From positions 1 through 40,524 of IMG/VR virus record IMGVR_UViG_2627853794_000002: 40,524 nucleotides of DNA. One strand, given 5' to 3'. Below, one piece after another: positions 37,379 to 40,524 of this stretch. The first letter of the stretch is position 1, and every line of letters begins with the position of its first letter. Both the position numbers and the translations under genes were made by a program. The notes beneath the pieces are model-generated. The model was not told the origin of the DNA. It did not search any database and was given only the letters and a program-made list of their open reading frames with translations. This stretch comes from a virus. Its lineage: Duplodnaviria > Heunggongvirae > Uroviricota > Caudoviricetes.

Positions 37379-37425
37379 TGGCCTCAAAGCAGCAAATTTC
37401 AACATCGTCCAACTGAGGTGTAAAA

Positions 37426-37704
37426 ATGTTCAGAATCATTTTTCCTAACACCTGGTACGTCGACCACCACGGCACTCCCTGCAAAATCCTGCGTTCTACC
37501 CACAACAAAGTTCACTACATCCGAAAAGGCAGAACATGTATCGCCAGCATGTTCCGCTTTAATCATGACTTTGAACCTGTGAATAAAGCTGATGCAGATC
37601 GGATAGTAGAAGAGATCGAAACGGCAGAACACATTAAGAAGTTACGTGACATGCGTTCAAAAAGCAGAGGTAACCATGGAATCATACAGCCTCACACTCG
37701 ATGA
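37426..37704 (+). CDS. Hypothetical protein
   Basis: 92 aa; gaggtg RBS; upstream of excisionase-like gene. Confidence 0.45.
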   Translation: MFRIIFPNTWYVDHHGTPCKILRSTHNKVHYIRKGRTCIASMFRFNHDFEPVNKADADRIVEEIETAEHIKKLRDMRSKSRGNHGIIQPHTR

Positions 37705-38026
37705 GGCCTGTCAGTTTCTCAAGATATCCAGACCTACCGCTACCAACTGGATACGAACAGGCCGCCTACAGGCAACACGCAAAGACCCCACTAAACCAAA
37801 ATCTCCTTACCTCACAACGCGACAAGCCTGCATTGCGGCGCTTCAGTCTCCGCTGCATACTATCAAGGTGAGCGCGGGTGATGGCATAACAGAGGAAAGA
37901 AAATGTCACTCTTCCGCAGAAGTGAAATATGGTACGCCAGTTTCACATTGCCGAACGGTAAAAGATTTAAACAGTCTCTTGGAACAAAGGACAAAAGGCA
38001 GGCGACAGAGCTCCATGACAAGCTAA
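37676..38026 (+). CDS. xis: Excisionase-like HTH protein (AlpA/Xis family); 3' end overlaps int
   Basis: [33 protein letters not shown]... HTH; ORF runs 124 nt into int in another frame, true C-terminus uncertain. Confidence 0.5.
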   Translation: MESYSLTLDEACQFLKISRPTATNWIRTGRLQATRKDPTKPKSPYLTTRQACIAALQSPLHTIKVSAGDGITEERKCHSSAEVKYGTPVSHCRTVKDLNSLLEQRTKGRRQSSMTS

Positions 38027-39066
38027 AGGCTGAAGCATGGCGGGTCAGCAAACTTGGTGAAATACCTGATATGACGTTTGAGGAAGCGTGTGTCAGGTGG
38101 CTCGAAGAGAAAGCACATAAGAAATCACTGGACGATGACAAAAGCCGGATCGGATTCTGGCTTCAACATTTCGCAGGGATGCAACTAAGAGACATCACTG
38201 AATCAAAAATTTATTCAGCGATGCAGAAAATGACAAACCGGCGTCATGAGGAAAACTGGAAACTCAGGGCAGAAGCATGCAGAAAAAAAGGGAAACCTGT
38301 TCCAGAATACACGCCAAAACCAGCGTCCGTTGCAACGAAGGCTACGCATCTTTCATTTATAAAGGCCCTGCTAAGAGCCGCAGAGCGTGAATGGAAAATG
38401 CTGGATAAGGCACCAATTATTAAAGTGCCTCAACCAAAGAATAAACGGATCCGCTGGCTGGAGCCCCATGAAGCACAAAGGCTGATTGATGAATGTCCGG
38501 AGCCATTAAAGTCTGTTGTTGAATTTGCACTGGCAACAGGCTTAAGACGCTCGAACATCATCAACCTTGAATGGCAACAAATAGATATGCAGCGCCGGGT
38601 GGCATGGATAAACCCGGAAGAGAGTAAATCAAACCGCGCAATTGGCGTTGCGCTGAATGATACTGCATGTCGCGTATTGAAAAAACAAATCGGGAATCAT
38701 CACCGTTGGGTATTTGTGTACAAGGAAAGCTGTACCAAACCAGACGGAACGAAAGCGCCAACAGTAAGGAAGATGCGGTATGACGCAAACACAGCCTGGA
38801 AAGCGGCGCTGAGACGGGCTGGTATTGATGATTTCAGATTTCACGACTTGAGACACACCTGGGCAAGTTGGCTGGTTCAAGCCGGAGTCCCGTTGTCAGT
38901 GTTACAGGAAATGGGGGGTTGGGAGTCTATCGAAATGGTTCGTCGATATGCTCACCTTGCACCTAATCACCTTACCGAACACGCACGGCAAATAGACTCG
39001 ATCCTGAATCCATCGGTCCCAAATTTGTCCCAGTCAAAAAATAAGGAAGGTACTAATGATGTGTAA
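37903..39066 (+). CDS. int: Tyrosine integrase (lambdoid prophage integrase)
   Basis: 387 aa; N-terminal [14 protein letters not shown]...; catalytic region ...[39 protein letters not shown]; stop 14 nt from tRNA 3' end. Confidence 0.9.
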   Translation: MSLFRRSEIWYASFTLPNGKRFKQSLGTKDKRQATELHDKLKAEAWRVSKLGEIPDMTFEEACVRWLEEKAHKKSLDDDKSRIGFWLQHFAGMQLRDITESKIYSAMQKMTNRRHEENWKLRAEACRKKGKPVPEYTPKPASVATKATHLSFIKALLRAAEREWKMLDKAPIIKVPQPKNKRIRWLEPHEAQRLIDECPEPLKSVVEFALATGLRRSNIINLEWQQIDMQRRVAWINPEESKSNRAIGVALNDTACRVLKKQIGNHHRWVFVYKESCTKPDGTKAPTVRKMRYDANTAWKAALRRAGIDDFRFHDLRHTWASWLVQAGVPLSVLQEMGGWESIEMVRRYAHLAPNHLTEHARQIDSILNPSVPNLSQSKNKEGTNDV

Positions 39067-39080
39067 CTTATTGATTTAAA

Positions 39081-39156
39081 TGGTGCCGATAATAGGAGTC
39101 GAACCTACGACCTTCGCATTACGAATGCGCTGCTCTACCAACTGAGCTATATCGGC
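39081..39156 (-). tRNA. thrW: tRNA-Thr (anticodon CGU), intact; prophage attachment site
   Basis: 76 nt; minus strand GCCGATATAGCTCAGTTGGTAGAGCAGCGCATTCGTAATGCGAAGGTCGTAGGTTCGACTCCTATTATCGGCACCA; adjacent to proA as in E. coli. Confidence 0.9.
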
Positions 39157-39270
39157 CCTGAAAGGACATGTTCACGAACGTGAATCACGGTGGACAAGGT
39201 TAAAACTAACCGGGCGATGCGTCAATGGCCTTGTGAATCAAACGGCTACTTTTGCATCACCCGGTTTTAT

Positions 39271-40524
39271 TTACGCACGAATGGTGTAATCACCAATGCC
39301 GATCCACTTGTAAGTGGTCAGTGCTTCCAGCCCCATTGGGCCACGCGCGTGGAGTTTTTGTGTGCTTACCGCCACTTCCGCACCCAGTCCAAACTGGCCG
39401 CCGTCGGTAAAACGCGTAGAGGCGTTAACGTAAACAGCGGACGAATCCACTTCGTTAACAAAACGCTGGGCGTTGCGCATATCGCGGGTCAGGATCGCAT
39501 CGGAGTGTTGTGTGCCGTGTTCACGAATATGGGCGATGGCATCGTCAAGATCGCTGACGATTTTGACGTTCAAATCTAATGACAGAAACTCATCGTCATA
39601 CTCTTCAGCTTTAACCGCCACCACCTTCGCAGGGCCTGCCTGCAACTGTGTCAGCGCAGCTGCATCTGCGTGTAATGTCACGCCGCTTTCCGCCATTTGT
39701 TTGCTTAATGCGGGCAGGAAGCTATCGGCGATGTTTTTATTCACCAGCAACGTTTCTACCGTATTACATGTGCTCGGACGCTGAGTTTTCGCGTTGACGA
39801 TCACTTTTAATGCTTCAGCGATCTCTGCACTTTCATCAACGTAAATATGGCATACGCCTATACCACCAGTGATCACCGGGATCGTCGACTGTTCACGGCA
39901 CAGTTTATGCAAACCAGCGCCACCACGCGGGATCAGCATGTCGATGTATTTATCCATACGCAGCATTTCACTGACCAGCGCACGGTCAGGATTATCAATC
40001 GCCTGCACGGCACCCGCCGGTAAGCCACAGGATTTCAGGGCGTCCTGAATCACCGCTACCGTTGCCGCGTTAGTGCGACAGGTTTCTTTGCCACCACGCA
40101 GGATCACCGCATTACCGGTTTTCAGGCACAGCGAAGCGACATCAACCGTCACGTTCGGGCGCGCTTCATAAATCACGCCAATAACCCCCAGCGGTACGCG
40201 ACGACGCTCAAGACGCAGGCCGCTGTCCAGTACGCCGCCATCGATTACCTGCCCCACCGGATCGGCGAGGTTACACACCTGGCGTACATCGTCGGCAATG
40301 CCTTTCAGCCGTGCGGGCGTCAGTGCCAGACGGTCAAGCATCGCTTCGCTAAGGCCATTGGCTCGCGCGTCAGCAACATCCTGGGCGTTAGCGTTGAGGA
40401 TGATTTCGCTTTGTGCTTCCAGTTCATCGGCGATTTTTTCCAGCACGCGATTTTTTTCGCGGCTGGAGAGTTGCGCTAATTTATACGAGGCTTGCTTCGC
40501 GGCAATGCCCATTTGTTCCAGCAT
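39271..40524 (-). CDS. proA: Gamma-glutamyl phosphate reductase
   Basis: 417 aa, full length; aldehyde dehydrogenase-type fold; matches E. coli ProA as recalled. Confidence 0.95.
   Translation of the reverse strand: MLEQMGIAAKQASYKLAQLSSREKNRVLEKIADELEAQSEIILNANAQDVADARANGLSEAMLDRLALTPARLKGIADDVRQVCNLADPVGQVIDGGVLDSGLRLERRRVPLGVIGVIYEARPNVTVDVASLCLKTGNAVILRGGKETCRTNAATVAVIQDALKSCGLPAGAVQAIDNPDRALVSEMLRMDKYIDMLIPRGGAGLHKLCREQSTIPVITGGIGVCHIYVDESAEIAEALKVIVNAKTQRPSTCNTVETLLVNKNIADSFLPALSKQMAESGVTLHADAAALTQLQAGPAKVVAVKAEEYDDEFLSLDLNVKIVSDLDDAIAHIREHGTQHSDAILTRDMRNAQRFVNEVDSSAVYVNASTRFTDGGQFGLGAEVAVSTQKLHARGPMGLEALTTYKWIGIGDYTIRA

Overview
This window is a proA - thrW (tRNA-Thr) chromosomal junction of an Escherichia/Shigella-type genome carrying a ~37 kb integrated prophage, read here in reverse (int next to thrW at ~39 kb, tail fibres and pin invertase at ~2.4-5 kb). 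The prophage is a mosaic: lambda-like early region (int/xis, exo-bet-gam, cI/cro immunity region, O/P replication, nin region), HK97-like head genes, phage-21-type lysis cassette, and a Mu-like contractile tail with a Pin-invertible tail-fibre segment. Left of the prophage lie a GIY-YIG nuclease-domain gene, an orphan tRNA-Ser 3' fragment and a low-GC AraC-family regulator. The best candidate for an undescribed system is an AT-rich three-gene cassette (32694-33896: zinc-ribbon-like protein plus two small membrane proteins) in the slot where lambda carries rexAB, co-oriented with cI and closed by a strong terminator. Other cargo candidates: the GIY-YIG protein, a moron block that truncates ren (26954-28978), an extra gene inside the lysis cassette, and a four-tRNA array with one atypical member. 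All calls rest on reading the sequence and ORF track plus recall of known protein families; no database search was run, and hand-derived coordinates may be off by a few nt.
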